This document shows positions 34,445-48,859 of a stretch of 64,000 nt of DNA, in pieces. The stretch is from assembly GCA_032718475.1 (NCBI GenBank), contig JAUCBJ010004524.1, positions 1 through 64,000 on the forward strand, read 5' to 3'. The translations under genes were made by a program, and so were the position numbers. The first letter of the stretch is position 1. Each line of letters begins with the position of its first letter. The DNA is from Nemertoderma westbladi. Its lineage: Eukaryota > Animalia > Xenacoelomorpha. Under the pieces are notes generated by a model, which was not told where the DNA came from, did not search any database, and saw nothing but the letters and a program-made list of their open reading frames with translations.

Positions 34445-37352
34445 GTGGCTGGTTGCGAGAAAAGGGACCTGGGGAAAAAATGTTCATTCTGAGAAAAACG
34501 TGTTTATAGTTTGGCTCTTAACCCTATTAAACCCGGGGGGGGGTCAATATGACCCCCCCCCCCCGTGGTTTTTTTATTATAATTCTGATACAAACGCAGT
34601 TGGGAATCTGAAATTCTATCACTTTTCCTAAAAATCTATTGTCTTCCTAGTAGTGAAAACCGTTTTCAAAAATATTGGGTACTTTTCGAGTTATAGCACC
34701 ATTTTTTAACCCTACTTTTGGCACTTTTTTTGAGACGTTTTTTGAAAATTACATTTCATTAAATATGAATTGTAACATCTCTATTTTTGATTTACACCGG
34801 TTTTTTGGTGTTAGAAATTTGATGGAATTCATATAAATTGATTTAGAAATTTCAAACTTGTTTTTTTCGGTGGGTGCCAAATTTTGGTGCCAGCACCAAA
34901 TTTTGAATTATGTCAATTTTGTAAATTGATTGTTTGAAACTTGTTTTTTACGCAATTGGGGTTTTTTGGGGTTCTGGATTCGATGAAATATATACGAGTT
35001 GCACCAAGCGTATCAAACTTGTATTTTTTGGTGCTGTGTGCAAATTTTGGTGCTAGCACGAAATTTTGAAAATTAATTCGATAGATAAAATTGCTTGTGA
35101 CAATTTATTTCTTGTGTTTTAGAGGTTTATGGCTGTTCTGAATTCAATGGAATAAATAATTATCGAACTAGACATCTCAAACTTGTATTTTTCGGATGTG
35201 GGTGCAAAATGTGGTGCTAGCACCAAATTTTGAAAACCATCAAATATATCAATTGATTGTGTCACCTTGTTTCTTGCGTTATACGGGTTTGTGATGGTTC
35301 TGAATTCAATGGAATCAGTAAAAATTTCATAATAGTTCTCAAACTGGTATTTTTCGCCAGTGGGTGAAAATTGTTGTGCCAGCACCAAATTTTGGAAAAT
35401 ATGCAAATTTATCAGTAGATAGTATCACCTTGTTTCTTGCGTTATACGGGTTTATGAGGGTCCTGAATCCGATGGAATCCATAAAAACAGCACTGGACAT
35501 CGCAAACTTGTACTTTTTGGTGATGGGTACGAAATTTGGTGCTAGCACCAAAATTTGCCAAATTACGCCGAAAAATGCAAGTATCAATGATCTGGCATAT
35601 TAGAAATGTATTCCATTAGAATCATCGCCCTCGAAAACCTGAAAATGTGAATTTATAGCATCGTATAAGTGAATTAAAAATTTTGTGTTCTACCTGAAAA
35701 GTGCTGGTTACTTGTTTTTTTCATTTTTTTCCTACGCAGAGAGGACTAAACGGCCATTTATAGTAATCATATCATTTTTAAATATTTTCCAATGTATTTT
35801 GCACCCCAGAAAACCTGTATTGAAAAATAATTAGCCGAAAATGTAACTTTCAAATTTTGTGAAAATTGTGAACTACTTGTAATTTTGGTGCTGCAATATA
35901 ACCACCCCAGTACATTTTTTCGAAAATTTTTTTTTTCGGTCGGATCCAGACAAGTGATACCTACGTACAAACAAAAAATCAGACGTTTTCGTAAATATTT
36001 GTAGATTTTAGAGGGGGGGGTCAATATGACCCCCTCCCGGTATTTGTACAGCATTTTATAGCCCGGTACTAATAGGGTTAAAATCGACTGTTTTCATTGG
36101 TTTATTGGTCTTTATTGGGGTGTTTGCATTGGTTTATTGGTCGTTATTGGGGTGTTTGCATTGGTTTATTGGTCGTTATTGGGTTTTATGAGAGCGAAAT
36201 TCAAACTGTATTATTTTAATAATAGTACTAAGTACTGTACACACTTGTTTTTTAGATTATCGTAGAATATCTGTAGCCTATTTGGTTAGTTATTGTACAA
36301 ACAAGTTAATACACTAATAATTTAGAATTTATTATGGAAACTGAAGCAGAGTGGCCGAACCTATTAAATAATAGGGTTTTCTAGGTCGCTGATCACGAAA
36401 AACTTGTTAAAAATATTTTTTGGAAAAGCAACCATCATTTTTTGTGCTATTTTGGTCCCCCAGTATGAAAAGTACAAGTAAAAAAGTGTCAAAATAAAAA
36501 CATTTGTGTTTGGTTTGATAATTCTGAACGCACGTGTTTTCGAGGGCGCTGATTACGATGAAACTAGTTTTAAATATTTCTGGTAATGCAAACCCAATTT
36601 TGGTGCTATTCTAGTGCCCCAGAACGAAAATTACAAGTAGTACAAACTTATAAACTGTCAAAATATGCCTTTGGTTTGGTAATTCAGAAGCTATACTGGT
36701 TTTCAAGGTAGCTGATCACGATACAACACGTTACAAATCATTCGTGGTAACGCAACTGTCAATTTTGGTGCTTGTCTGGTGGGACGAAAATTACAAGTAG
36801 CAAACATTTCAAATTGAAAAAAGCGAATTTGGTTGGATAATACGATATTTTTGAGTGTCATATTCGTGATCAGTGTCCCAGAAAACCCATAATGTCTAAA
36901 ATTTAGGTTGATGTGGTAATGATTTTTGGTTATCAAACTTTTGCTACTTGTATTTTTCGTGCCGCACATTGACACATATCGAAAAAATTATTTTAATTCG
37001 TGATCAGCTTTCAAAAAAACCATATGTTCATAAAATCAATTTAATTTTGTGGTCATTTTTCATTATCATATTTGCACTACGATTTTTTTCGTGCCCCAAA
37101 GGACACGAAATAAACGGCCAAATACCTGAGATGGGTGCCAGAAAGGGACAACATCATAAAATTACCATTGGTTGCGAGAAAAGGGAACTGCGTTTTTTAT
37201 TTTTTGTTTAAACACTCATAACTTTTTAACGAAAAACGATATGAAAAAGCTAGTTCGATATTCGGAAAGCCCAGAAAATTCCGCATCTAATAGGCCTAAA
37301 AACACAAAATCGACCATGTGGTCCCGAGGTCCCTTTTCTCGCAACCAGCCAC
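34445..37352. mobile_element. Non-autonomous TIR DNA transposon, superfamily unresolved
   Basis: It has a perfect 26-bp TIR GTGGCTGGTTGCGAGAAAAGGGACCT (34445-34470 / 37327-37352), an extra internal TIR copy at about 37169, and internal direct and inverted gctgatcacga units. No clear TSD is visible. Confidence 0.85.
34522..36077. mobile_element. piggyBac-type non-autonomous element nested in 34445-37352
   Basis: TTAA lies on both sides (34518-34521 and 36078-36081), with CCCTATTA...TAATAGGG termini and subterminal gggtcaatatgaccc palindromes. Internal ~160-170-bp tandem units span about 34790-35570. Confidence 0.9.
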
Positions 37353-37776
37353 CTTGTGTTGATTTTAATATGTAGCTAGAGCTTAAGGTAGCAAGTTATT
37401 TTTAAAGTGATAAAAAATAATTTTTCTTAAAATGCTCCACTTACTTCTAGAATGCGGTACATTCTGCATTTACGCACTTAAATTGCTAAGCAATCTTCTA
37501 GTTAAATTAAATTGATCTAGGATTCCTAGTAAGAAAGCTAGGTATACTCTAGAACAATTAATTTAAGGAAACATTTCACAACTATATACATTTCAGTAAT
37601 ACACTAAACTAAAACAAACTACATAAATAGCCTGGATGGAAATATCAATTCTGAGCGGCAATGCTGCCCTCGTCATTGGAAATGCCACCCAATTGGAAAT
37701 GCCACCCACACCAACCATCGGGTTATTCGGTAACGGATGGTATGCCTATCCCGTGTAGACTGCAAAGTAGCCCTAA

Positions 37777-38153
37777 TGGCCTGTTTACACGTGGCCACTT
37801 TTAGACCAACTTTCTCGGCAACTAGAAACTTTTTTTGGAGCAACTTAATTTAATCGCTGTTTACACGTGGCAACTTTACCAGCAACTTGGCCGGCAACTT
37901 TTACAGCAATTTGGCTAGTTTGACTGTAAAATAGTGGGTAATTTTATCTACTAGCTAATTTTTGATAATTTGATTTGATTATCCCGCTTTATTTAATTCG
38001 CCAACCCAAATTCCTTCAAGTTGCTGTAAAAGTTGAGCAACTTTTACGGCAACTTTTTTACGTGTTTACACGGAGCAACTTGATCGGCAACCTGGGTTGC
38101 TCTACAAGTTGCCGAGAAAGTTGTTCTAAAAGTTGCAACGTGTAAACAGGCCT
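37777..38153. mobile_element. PIF/Harbinger (Tourist-like) palindromic MITE
   Basis: The TIR GGCCTGTTTACACGT extends as a long imperfect inverted repeat. The flanks are TAA / TTA, and gcaactt motifs recur internally. Confidence 0.8.
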
Positions 38154-41100
38154 TTATAATGCAATTACGTTTAGATTGATTTCATCAGCTCTAATCTGTA
38201 TATTAATTAGTGCAGTGCATTTATTTAGTTAACGTTTCTAATAAATAAACTACAACAAATAGCTACCATACAATGCACTACCGGTAGCTACCTACATTTA
38301 CTACACAAAACAAAAACAACGCAAGCTAACAGATTTGAAGAATCATTAATCATATGCAAAAAAATAGAATCAAAAGCATCATCAATAGAAATAGCAAAAT
38401 CAAGCATTATACAAGCATTTATAAAACTGTACGTATATGCTTGTTGTATTTTTCAAATAGCGGTCTTCTAATTTATTATAGACTTTGAAACTTATATTTG
38501 TTCCATTAGGTAAATTTTGTATAATTATGGTGCATTGAAATCACTTCGTTTCTCTCAAGTGCAGTATCCCTTCAAGTTGGTCTAAATATGTCATGTTAGT
38601 TTCATGTCAGTAGGATACTGGACTTGAGAGAAACGAAATTGCGACAACTATGGAGAATCAGGAAGCCTGGAATCTCATTTCCACTGTCCGAGCTCGCTCG
38701 ACCTAGTAGTAGTATAGTAGAAATCACTTGCCATAATCTATCTATGTGTTGCACGAATCGGTTGGTTTCGTTTCGTTTCATTTTTTAGATGTGCAGACTG
38801 ACTAATTACTCTTACTATAACTCTTCATGTTCATTGTGTATTTTCCATCTTTTTCCTGAACTTTTAATTATGTACGCAAACAGACATAAACAAGCACTAC
38901 AAAAATACCCCTGTATATATTCCTAGAACCCCTTCATAATTGTGATGAAATTTGAAAAAGCTAACAATGATGAAAGCTGAGATAAAGTTATTGAAGTTAT
39001 ATTTAAGTTAGTCAGTCAGTACATATGGACTTAGTTTGAAATTATGTAATTCATTTGCAATTTTAACATTAATATCTAAAAATAAACCTGTATGATACTT
39101 TATAATTTGCCCAATGTCAGCGAAATAATTGACGAATTTCATTTACATCGATACACAATGTTTGATTGCGTGAGTGTTTAATTGAAGTCATGTACTTTTA
39201 ATAGTCACATAACTTATATTATTATCTGTCTTGACGTACAGTTCCAATGTTCACCAATTATTATGCTGTGTTAAAGCCAACAGTTTCATTGAGACCTTCC
39301 AAAATCTATTCTGTCAGTAAGTCTCTGCCTCATTTTGACATTTCAGAAAACATAACTTGATTAAAGACATAAGAGTCTAGCAATCTGGTGTGGTGGTGGT
39401 AATGGGACAAGTGTGCTTGCCTGTAAACTGAGCCCGCCTCTTTATATATATTTATTTAAGTAGGTTATCTGTGCCCGCATGACATGTGTGGTTGAAAGAC
39501 TTGTGTGTTCTGGAGAAGTATGTCGGTTCAGCTGCCAGACATGTGCGCAAGAAACAGAAATATATATGTCTACTGCAATTTTCTAGTTTGGTTATACTCT
39601 ATGAATAATTGGTTCTCGTGTATGGTTTACAAAATGTAGTTCCATCAGTGTTATCCATGCCAATAGGTAATGTAATTTCAGTAAATATTACATATCACAT
39701 GGCAATGAATTCCCACACTAATGAACAATTTACTTTCACACATATAAATTATAAAATAAAGTTGACTTTATACTATCACATCTTATCTCCATTTCTTTAA
39801 TTTTATTTATATCATTATATTATTCTATTATTATTATATTATTATTCGGTTATATCCAAGTCGGGTCCAATAAGACCGTGACTAAATTGGTTGTAGAAAC
39901 CATGACAGTTATAATGACCAGTTTTTTATATACTGTATATATGTATATATATATATATATCGATATTGTTATAATTTTAAATACATAAATTAATAAAATC
40001 TCGCATATAACTTATAATCATATGAATAATAATGGTTGATTCAGTTCACCATATCATTATAGAGTCAATATAGCATAAAAAACAAAAGGAACAACACCCG
40101 AACCACATTTTTTGGATTCTATACTACCTTGTTAATGGCCTGAAAAGTCGATGAAAATTTCATCTACGGTTTGTATAATTCTATACATTCATAACAATTT
40201 TCTATATAAACGGGCTGGCGTTAGGGCAACAGAATTAGCAGCGAGCGTATTCAGTGGAAATGGGGAGCATTACGAGATTTGACCAAGCGCAGATTACCGG
40301 AATTTAATTATTTCTGTTCCATTCTTAAAGTTTCCTGAGGTGGGGCCTTAGGTGGTTGAAATATATCGTGACATTTTTGTATATACTTAACAAATTAATA
40401 GCTTAAGCTTAATAAACTAAAATTATTAACTTATTATAATATGAAAAACACAATTAAAATATTTGCACATATAAAAGTGTGCTATGGCATGAAGCCATTC
40501 GTTTAACCTTATATCACGCTGTATCAAACACAAATGAGAGAACAATATTTCGAACGGCAGGTAAACCGATTCTGATTCTTTTTCCCTATAAAACGTATTT
40601 TCTATTTTACGTTCTTATACTGTTTTTAGTACGATCCAAATTGTATTATAGTGTAAAAGTGGGAAAATTCTTAAACTTTGGATATGATTTCTGAGTTAAT
40701 TATTATATGTAAAATTTTCAAAACAAAACAAGAAACTTTCATAATTTCAACAAATTTGACAAAGGCGTACAGATAGCCTGATAATGCCGATTCCATTCGA
40801 ACTAAAAAACTGAGTGCATGTGCAATGCCTTCCTATTACTCCGCATATGTAAGTTTCTTAAAATACATTACAGTGATGGTGAAAGGATAAAGGTTAGTGC
40901 ACTCCTGGAGCCTCGAAGCTGTCTGAAACAAATGGGATATAACCTAATCCATACCAAACCATCACCACAGTCACACTCTCTGTATTGGGTTAATACCTCT
41001 GGGAACATCCTGAGCTGACGAAAGAGGGTTGGTGATTTGAAACAGGCTAACCGTTCAATAGTATATAGGCCAAAGGCCAGTCAACAATAATGTAAGGAAG

Positions 41101-41575
41101 TTAATAATTTCGTTGACAGTGTGCAGTGAGTGATTGATTTCAGTTTAGGCATATGCATTATGCACACTACAGGGAGTACTTCAATTTCAAAGAATCTCAC
41201 ACACTTAATACTTCATAAATCAACCAAATCTACAATAACACACAAATCGCATTACCAAACAGGAAGTATTACCTGCTCTGTAATATTTACTGTAAATTTT
41301 CTATGAGTTTAGTAAACATTTAGATGTCAAATAATCTCCCTCACTCACATCCCTTCTTGAAATCGTTAATTAAACAATAAATACAATAATACTAAAGAAA
41401 TGCATTTCAAAGACGTGTCTAAGAGAATGACTTCAGAAAATTGTTCACCATAATGATTTTAAATGACGGCAAAAATAACTCATTAAATTAACCAGTAAAA
41501 CGAATCATGTAATTCAATTGTAAAATAGGAAAACCCTAGACCCCTCCTGTGTGGCTCCCCTCATTTCATTGATAA

Positions 41576-41752
41576 GCCCAAACCCACAGCGTCTTCAAAC
41601 CCCAAACCCACAGCGTCTTCAAACCCCAAACCCACAGCGTCTTCAAACCCCAAACCCACAGCGTCTTCAAACCCCAAACCCACAGCGTCTTCAAACCCCA
41701 AACCCACAGCGTCTTCAAACCCCAAACCCACAGCGTCTTCAAACCCCAAACC
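41576..41752. repeat. Perfect 24-bp repeat x7
   Basis: The unit is cccaaacccacagcgtcttcaaac, which reads GLGFEDAV on the minus strand. Confidence 0.95.
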
Positions 41753-41810
41753 ACTTCGCCATTTGAAACGTGAACCCCGAATACAATGCCCACTCGCTCT
41801 GACTATTGCG

Positions 41811-42360
41811 AACATTATCCTAGCCCTCACCCAGCCCATAACATTATCCTAGCCCTCACCCAGCCCATAACATTATCCTAGCCCTCACCCAGCCCATAAC
41901 ATTATCCTAGCCCTCACCCAGCCCATAACATTATCCTAGCCCTCACCCAGCCCATAACATTATCCTAGCCCTCACCCAGCCCATAACATTATCCTAGCCC
42001 TCACCCAGCCCATAACATTATCCTAGCCCTCACCCAGCCCATAACATTATCCTAGCCCTCACCCAGCCCATAACATTATCCTAGCCCTCACCCAGCCCAT
42101 AACATTATCCTAGCCCTCACCCAGCCCATAACATTATCCTAGCCCTCACCCAGCCCATAACATTATCCTAGCCCTCACCCAGCCCATAACATTATCCTAG
42201 CCCTCACCCAGCCCATAACATTATCCTAGCCCTCACCCAGCCCATAACATTATCCTAGCCCTCACCCAGCCCATAACATTATCCTAGCCCTCACCCAGCC
42301 CATAACATTATCCTAGCCCTCACCCAGCCCATAACATTATCCTAGCCCTCACCCAGCCCA
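41811..42360. repeat. Perfect 29-bp repeat, about 19 copies
   Basis: The unit is ccataacattatcctagccctcacccagc. Confidence 0.97.
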
Positions 42361-44015
42361 AAACATCTCCGTAACCCTTTCCCCACTTTCCTGCAAGTTT
42401 TTCATGGTTTTCATAAAGCGACTTGCTTCCCTTCCACATATGCCATCGACAGAGTAAACCATGGGAGTGAAGGTGGCTCTCCTCTCCGCACAAGCGCGCT
42501 GGTACTTGCGGGATTTGGCAGCTAATGCTTCTGCTAGCACTGAAGAAATTCTGCGTCCACGGTATGACTGGCCGTCCAGGTTCTTAACCTTGAAATCAAA
42601 CAACGCCTCAGTCTGTGGCCACCACACGCCCCTTACTCTCAGGTCAGCCCGAAGACCTGGGTCACCACTCCCTACATCTGCCTAGCGAATCATTATTAAT
42701 ATTCAATTACAATAGTTGCACACATATGCTGCAGTTCCAATAAATTGAATTTTTTGAACGAAAATTTATGAAAAAATTGTGCATCCCGTCAAATTTTTCC
42801 GTACTTAGAAAAAAAGTGCTTGTTTTTTTAATATTTACTTAAGTATATTTATTTTTTGGGTAAAATTAAACGTCAATAAATTCTTATTGCTCCACAATGA
42901 TTTACTAAATTCTAATGAATACACTTTCATTACTGTCCAATGTTAATGTTCAATAAATAGTATATTTGAAGAAGAATAACGGAATATTGGATAATTGGAT
43001 AATTGGTCTACTAGACTGCAGTTACATTGCTTAAAATAATTTAATAGTTTGCTGTTTAGTTAATAATAAACTAAAGTACAACACAAGTGACATTTTTCCA
43101 ATATTTAATTAATGTGAGACACTTTAGGTTTATTACGTCAGCCAACCCTGGGTGCTTGTAACCAACCATCTGGTTCCTAGAATGCTGTCAATAATTGTCA
43201 CAACCAATGTGAATAACTATAGATCGCAGTCCAAAAAGTAATCGGCTCTACATATCCCCACAAGTCTCAGCATGGCAGAATACTAAATTCATGATTTGAT
43301 TCTTGTCCGGATATTTTGAGTGTTGCCCCCATATGTTTGACTGTTCAGAAACTTGACAGAATTACTTTTACGACTGCGATCTTCTGATATTCTCATTGTT
43401 TGTGGCTTTTTTTGATAATGGCCTACCGTTTTTTGACTGCGCATGAGTGATATCACCATTTTTAAGAATTGTCACAAATTCCACTTATCCAGAGGGGGCA
43501 CATATGTTTGGGGAATTTGAGGAAGCTGCCATAGGGTCATGGTGTTATTCAGGGAATTTTACAGTGCAGGCAAAAATATTGTTAAACGTTGCATGCTGAC
43601 CGACGCGACAGTCACCTGAGGGGAAAAGCATCAGCTGATCGGATAAATCATAAAAGGAGAAAGAAATGGGAATTAAATGATGTACATAACTACTGGGATG
43701 CAGCGAAGCAAACTAGCGCCAAACGCGTTTCTTCTTGCTGAGGACTGGCCTGTGAGAGCGTATACAAAACATTATCAACTTTTACAAACATTCTCAACTT
43801 TTACAACAATGCTGTAATGGGTACCGTGCAATTACTTTCAGCTGACTGTCGTAAGCTGATTCTGATTGCTTGCTATATGCTTGCTTGCTATATATATGCT
43901 TTCTAGATTTGTACAGATTCGGCTTGCATACCTAGCTACTGGTAAGTTTTTTTACTTAACGTGTTTGAATAATAACATTTATGTGGCATCAATAATACCA
44001 CCGTGCGTGATATAA

Positions 44016-44136
44016 GCCCAGCCAGATATAGGCCCAGCCAGATATAGGCCCAGCCAGATATAGGCCCAGCCAGATATAGGCCCAGCCAGATATAGGCCCA
44101 GCCAGATATAGGCCCAGCCAGATATAGGCCCAGCCA
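44016..44136. repeat. 16-bp repeat, about 7 copies
   Basis: The unit is gccagatataggccca. Confidence 0.93.
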
Positions 44137-47100
44137 GCTGTCTACTTTAAGAATTTTGTGATAAATTAAATAAAAATTAATTGTAGATCTCAACCAGCAC
44201 CGCCCTGCATACAAAACTATTGAGTATCAGCTGTGCTGGCCCACGGCAAAGGTGAATTGTGGATTTACATTACTGATAACGAACCGTTCTGCATAGCCGT
44301 GAACTGTTCTGCATCGCTTGGTTCATTGTGCAGTGGCAATTAGTTTGTAATGGCTTCACTTATTGCGTGGATCACATTTCATTGCCGTAAATGAGTGTAC
44401 TGAGTTATAATTAATTTAATTTAATATTAGAAAACAAAAACATAAACAATAAAATAAATAAAACAAATACAATTATTTTGTATATGGTTAAATATAATTA
44501 TTATTATAAATAATAAAAATTAGAAATATAATAATTATTATTGAAAAATAATTATTATTGAAAAATAATTATGTTTATTGAAATATAATAATTAGTATTT
44601 AAATATAATTATTTTTATAGAAATATAATAATTAGTATTAAAATATAATTGTTATTATGGAAATATATTAATTATTATTATTAAATTATAATTATTGTAT
44701 AAAGGAGCATATTTAGATTGGAAATGTTTTATACTGTGAAACAATACTGTAAAATACTGTATGTCCCTGGATCGTAATTAAATGTAACTTCCAGTCTGCC
44801 AGTACTCCTAAAGCAGTACCGGAATACAGTTAGTAGTTTCAGTAGTTTCCATACCAAGTTAGAAAAGAAAGAATCACAAGAGAGCGAATGTATTAGGCCT
44901 ACTTTTCTCACTAGGTTTGGCAAATTTAAGTTACTGAAATGATACCAAGTATATTAATTGCAATTTCTATATTCGAAAATATATGCATTGTAATTTCTAA
45001 TTTGATGTTATAGTTGTGCCTATTGCCGCATTATTTTTATTGGTGTTTAATTTTTCATAAACTATTTTTCATTTTCGCGATCAACTTTAAATAACTAAAA
45101 AATTTAAAAAAAAATAAATTAAAAAACTAATAGTTATAGAATAGGTAATAGTCACGGTAATCACAAACAAGCCATTAAAAGTTTCTCATAAAAATAGTAT
45201 AATAATATCATATTTTGAAGGACAAACAACAGTATTTCAAATTATATAACTCCTTTCTAAACAATACAAACCCATTATTGGTTGATTCAGATTCAATTCT
45301 AACCAACCAGGACAGCGGAACCCACTTGTATTACTGGTTGACAGCTTCCCTTACTTCAAAGGCTCACTCAATCTTCCCGTGGAAAATAAATATTTGGTGC
45401 ATTATAGTGGTAACATGTTGACAAAATATCCACGGGCATTGATTGCCATGACAAGACTATGAAGATGGGAAACTAATGCACCACATTTAATGAACTCTGC
45501 TACACCCATAGCTTGTGTTATTTATTGTACATAATTATTCAGAATGCACAGCCAGCTTTGAAAATATTTAGGCATCGGTTTCAACTAAATCACATTGTTA
45601 AATTTTGATGGTAACTTTTCTGTTATTTTTCCTCAAAACTGTGTGATCCTCCAACGGGACTATTAATGATTTAAGTCGGGTACGTTAAAAGGGCAATAGG
45701 GGAGTTGATAATGTAATTTTGAGATTTAAAATGAGGTATTATGGAGCGGCTTAGCGAAAGAAATTGTTACAAAAGTGACAAACAAAGAATGAACAGTTTT
45801 TGCGAGTACCTCTTGGTATATTCACTATTGGTGGGAATTTACCCAAATTTGGAGCAAGCAAACTTACGTAAGGCCACACTGACTATCAACTAACTGAACT
45901 TTGCAATTATAAAGAGTTTTATCATTTGGCTTTTACTATAAAGGAATTTTCGAAAGGAGTTTCGCAAATTATCTACTCACCTAGAGAATGTAACCCAACC
46001 CATCACATTTCTAATCCTCAAAAATTTGTTATAAAACATGTGATACTATTTACAAATTGTATGCCACTTCTAGTTACCAAAATTAAATATAGCAATTAGT
46101 GAACATTAAAGTTCAAAAAATTTAACATTAAACTGAATGTTCAAAATAATTGAGCATTAAAAAAGTTAAAATTGTACTCAACAAATTTATTGGTTTGTAT
46201 TATGCCAATTTCTTTAGTACCCATAGTGCCATAGTTACTCACAAAAAACTTTTGGCACTACTGCCACTTTTGTAAATTTAATTTAATTCCCGGATAACTT
46301 CCCAGGTAATTAATTACCTTCTCGAAAGGACAATAATACCCGAGCTTTTACCTTCCCGAGTAACTTCCCGAAGTCTTATCTTCCGGGTCTTGCGCATCTC
46401 TCAAGGAATTACTTAACCGGTTCTAAATATAAAGGAAATTTAATTTCATATAAAAATAAGGTCACTTGCTAAAACTCCAGATTCCAATTAGATTGTTGTG
46501 GAAATAGGACGGCTTCTAATGTTATTTGTATGAATTTGCAACGCGCTTCGATTCATTTATATCTCATTATTCATATCCTGTCCGAAAAATTGACGTTGCT
46601 ATGTCACCGAGTATATCCACTCAACAAATTATTGCACATAAATAATATATTAGTAAACCCGAAAATGTTAATAAGTGAATAAGCTAAGCTGACAGGCATA
46701 GTGTGCACATAATGCAAGATAATTAGTGACAAATGATAAATAGAGTATGAAAAGATAATATCGAAAATATAATCTGTTAAAAAATTAATTTTATAATTAT
46801 ACAAGAGTTAATGAAGGAAGCAAATGCCCAGGGGAAGTAAAGACTCTGGGGAACAAGTAAGAAGTTACGACATGTTTTCTGGAAGTAGAGTTCGAGCTAA
46901 GTAAGGTTAGAGAGCAGACCATTGTATGCGTCACTAACTCCTCTTATATAAAGCTTCCAATGTTTATGAATAGTTTATGTGCACCCCGGCACAGTTTGTA
47001 GTTCTAGTAAATCGATAATTCGATAAATTATTTTGGTAGCTACAAACTTAAACTTAACCCGCGATAAATCTACGCCAAGGTTTTAATCGCCTTCAGAATT

Positions 47101-48162
47101 AGAAACAATGGCCCATAGAAAATTTTCACCAAAGAAAAATCCTTGCCTCATAAATAATTACGACCTTATGTTGATATTGTTTGGGAAGGTTTCACCCAAC
47201 TGCAAACACAATATCATGAAGCATCAATACTTATTTTGGCGGAGGTTGCTCGTGGGAAGAGGTACGACGCAGCCCAAATTCACTTTATAAATTTATAAAT
47301 AATTGAAAGTTAATTAAGACATTATGTAGATGATTATGAAACTGTAACCATATAAACAGCCGTTTTTGACTTTAATTGATAAATCAGTGGGCGAAGATTT
47401 CTTTCGGGTGAAGCTTGGACACAACCCAAACTGGGGAAGATTGCCTCCTGGAGAATGGGCGAATGTAAATATATCGAATCTACAAGGCGAACCAACGCTG
47501 TGTCTATTAATTAAACCAACAATTCGTTTCTTATTCGTTTCCCAACACCCCATTGTAGATTTGGTTGTGTAAAACAAAACCTATCGGAGTGTACCGAAAT
47601 GGGAAAGAAATGAGGAAAAATACCGGATATGAAACTGTCCAATTAGTTACATGTGTATTTTGCTGAGATTAATTTTTTCTGCAAAAATCTTTCCGGATTA
47701 GCTATCATAGGCGTATGATATGGTATTTAAATTAAGAATCCAATCCATGTTCGTATAAAACAAGTATACTTGGATTACCGGCCAGCAGATTAAACATTTA
47801 GTGAGGTAACAAAGCAAAAAATATATTCTATATTATATAATGCAGAGGTAAAGTGTTCCACATTGTCGGTACTGCGACTCAAATAATAATCTCCATAAGA
47901 TGTCCCAAGGTTATAGTGTAGCATGAAGTATGTAATGAAAGAAAGGAAATGGGTGTTGATGCTAACCTTTCCACCGCACGTCCAATTATTTTATATGTAT
48001 ATTTAATCTTTAATTGGCATTGACCATGAAGGACATGGTTTCAAATTCAAGTTCAAGACTAGAGTAAGGATTGATTAGATGATCAGAGATGCTAAATAAG
48101 GATATATACGTACGTACATAGTTCGATAAAATCCTAGCCGAGATTGCAGAGTCACTGTTTAG

Positions 48163-48570
48163 TGTCGACGCCACCTGCACCTCCTACGTTCGTTCAAACC
48201 GCTCTGTGGAGATCCTTCTCTCACAGAAAGAACGCGAGAAGAAGGCCCACTACCAGGAGCCCTGTGAGTCGAGGCGGATGAACTTCACCCCCCTCGTGTG
48301 CACCACCGACGGAGTCTGGGGCGCCGAGGGCGAGAAATTCATCCGCCACCTCGCGGACGCACTGGTGGTGAGGAGGGCGGGGATGAGGCAGCGGGTATTG
48401 GGAGCAGTCCTGGGGGCTGTGAGAAGGCGACTGCAGTTCGCCTTATTAAGGGCAAACTCTCTGTGCCTCCGCGGTGGAAGGAGGCCCTGGAGGGGTCTGG
48501 GGTTTGGGGACGGGGCGGGAGTCAGGGATTTGGACAGGGAGATGTACCCCTCTCCCTAACTCCCCTTTAA
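48163..48570 (+). mobile_element. 3' fragment of a CRE/Hero-type non-LTR retrotransposon (RLE domain)
   Basis: It reads DATCTSY..LLSQKEREKKAHY..CESRRMNFTPLVCTTDGVWGAEG..RRRLQFALLRANSLCLRG..WRGLGFGDG. It is a GC-rich island homologous to 41540-42685. Confidence 0.85.
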
Positions 48571-48859
48571 TGTTAATTATAAAGAAATTATCCATTAATA
48601 TCATTCAAGTGTAACATTTCAGTGGCCTTTATTAGTGTTTATTCAGTGTGCCATTCATTTATTAATAGTGTTTCATAGTTGAATTAATAAAAGCGCTATA
48701 TAGATTATTTGGTAATATAGTGTTTAGTTTGAAATACACTTGTAAGTATTTACTATAATAAATTAATTTATTCATAAACCCGATATAATGTAATTTAATT
48801 AAATAATTAGTTGAACTTAAACAAAACGTTAAGTAAGACCAAATCGTGCCAATCATGCC

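Larger units (their letters stand above)
41540..42685 (-). mobile_element. 3' fragment of a CRE/Hero-type non-LTR retrotransposon (restriction-like endonuclease), with internal tandem expansions
   Basis: It reads LRADLRVRGVWWPQTEALFDFKVKNLDGQSY..K..KY..ACAERRATFTPMVYSVDG..G.EA, then [30 protein letters not shown]. Confidence 0.85.
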
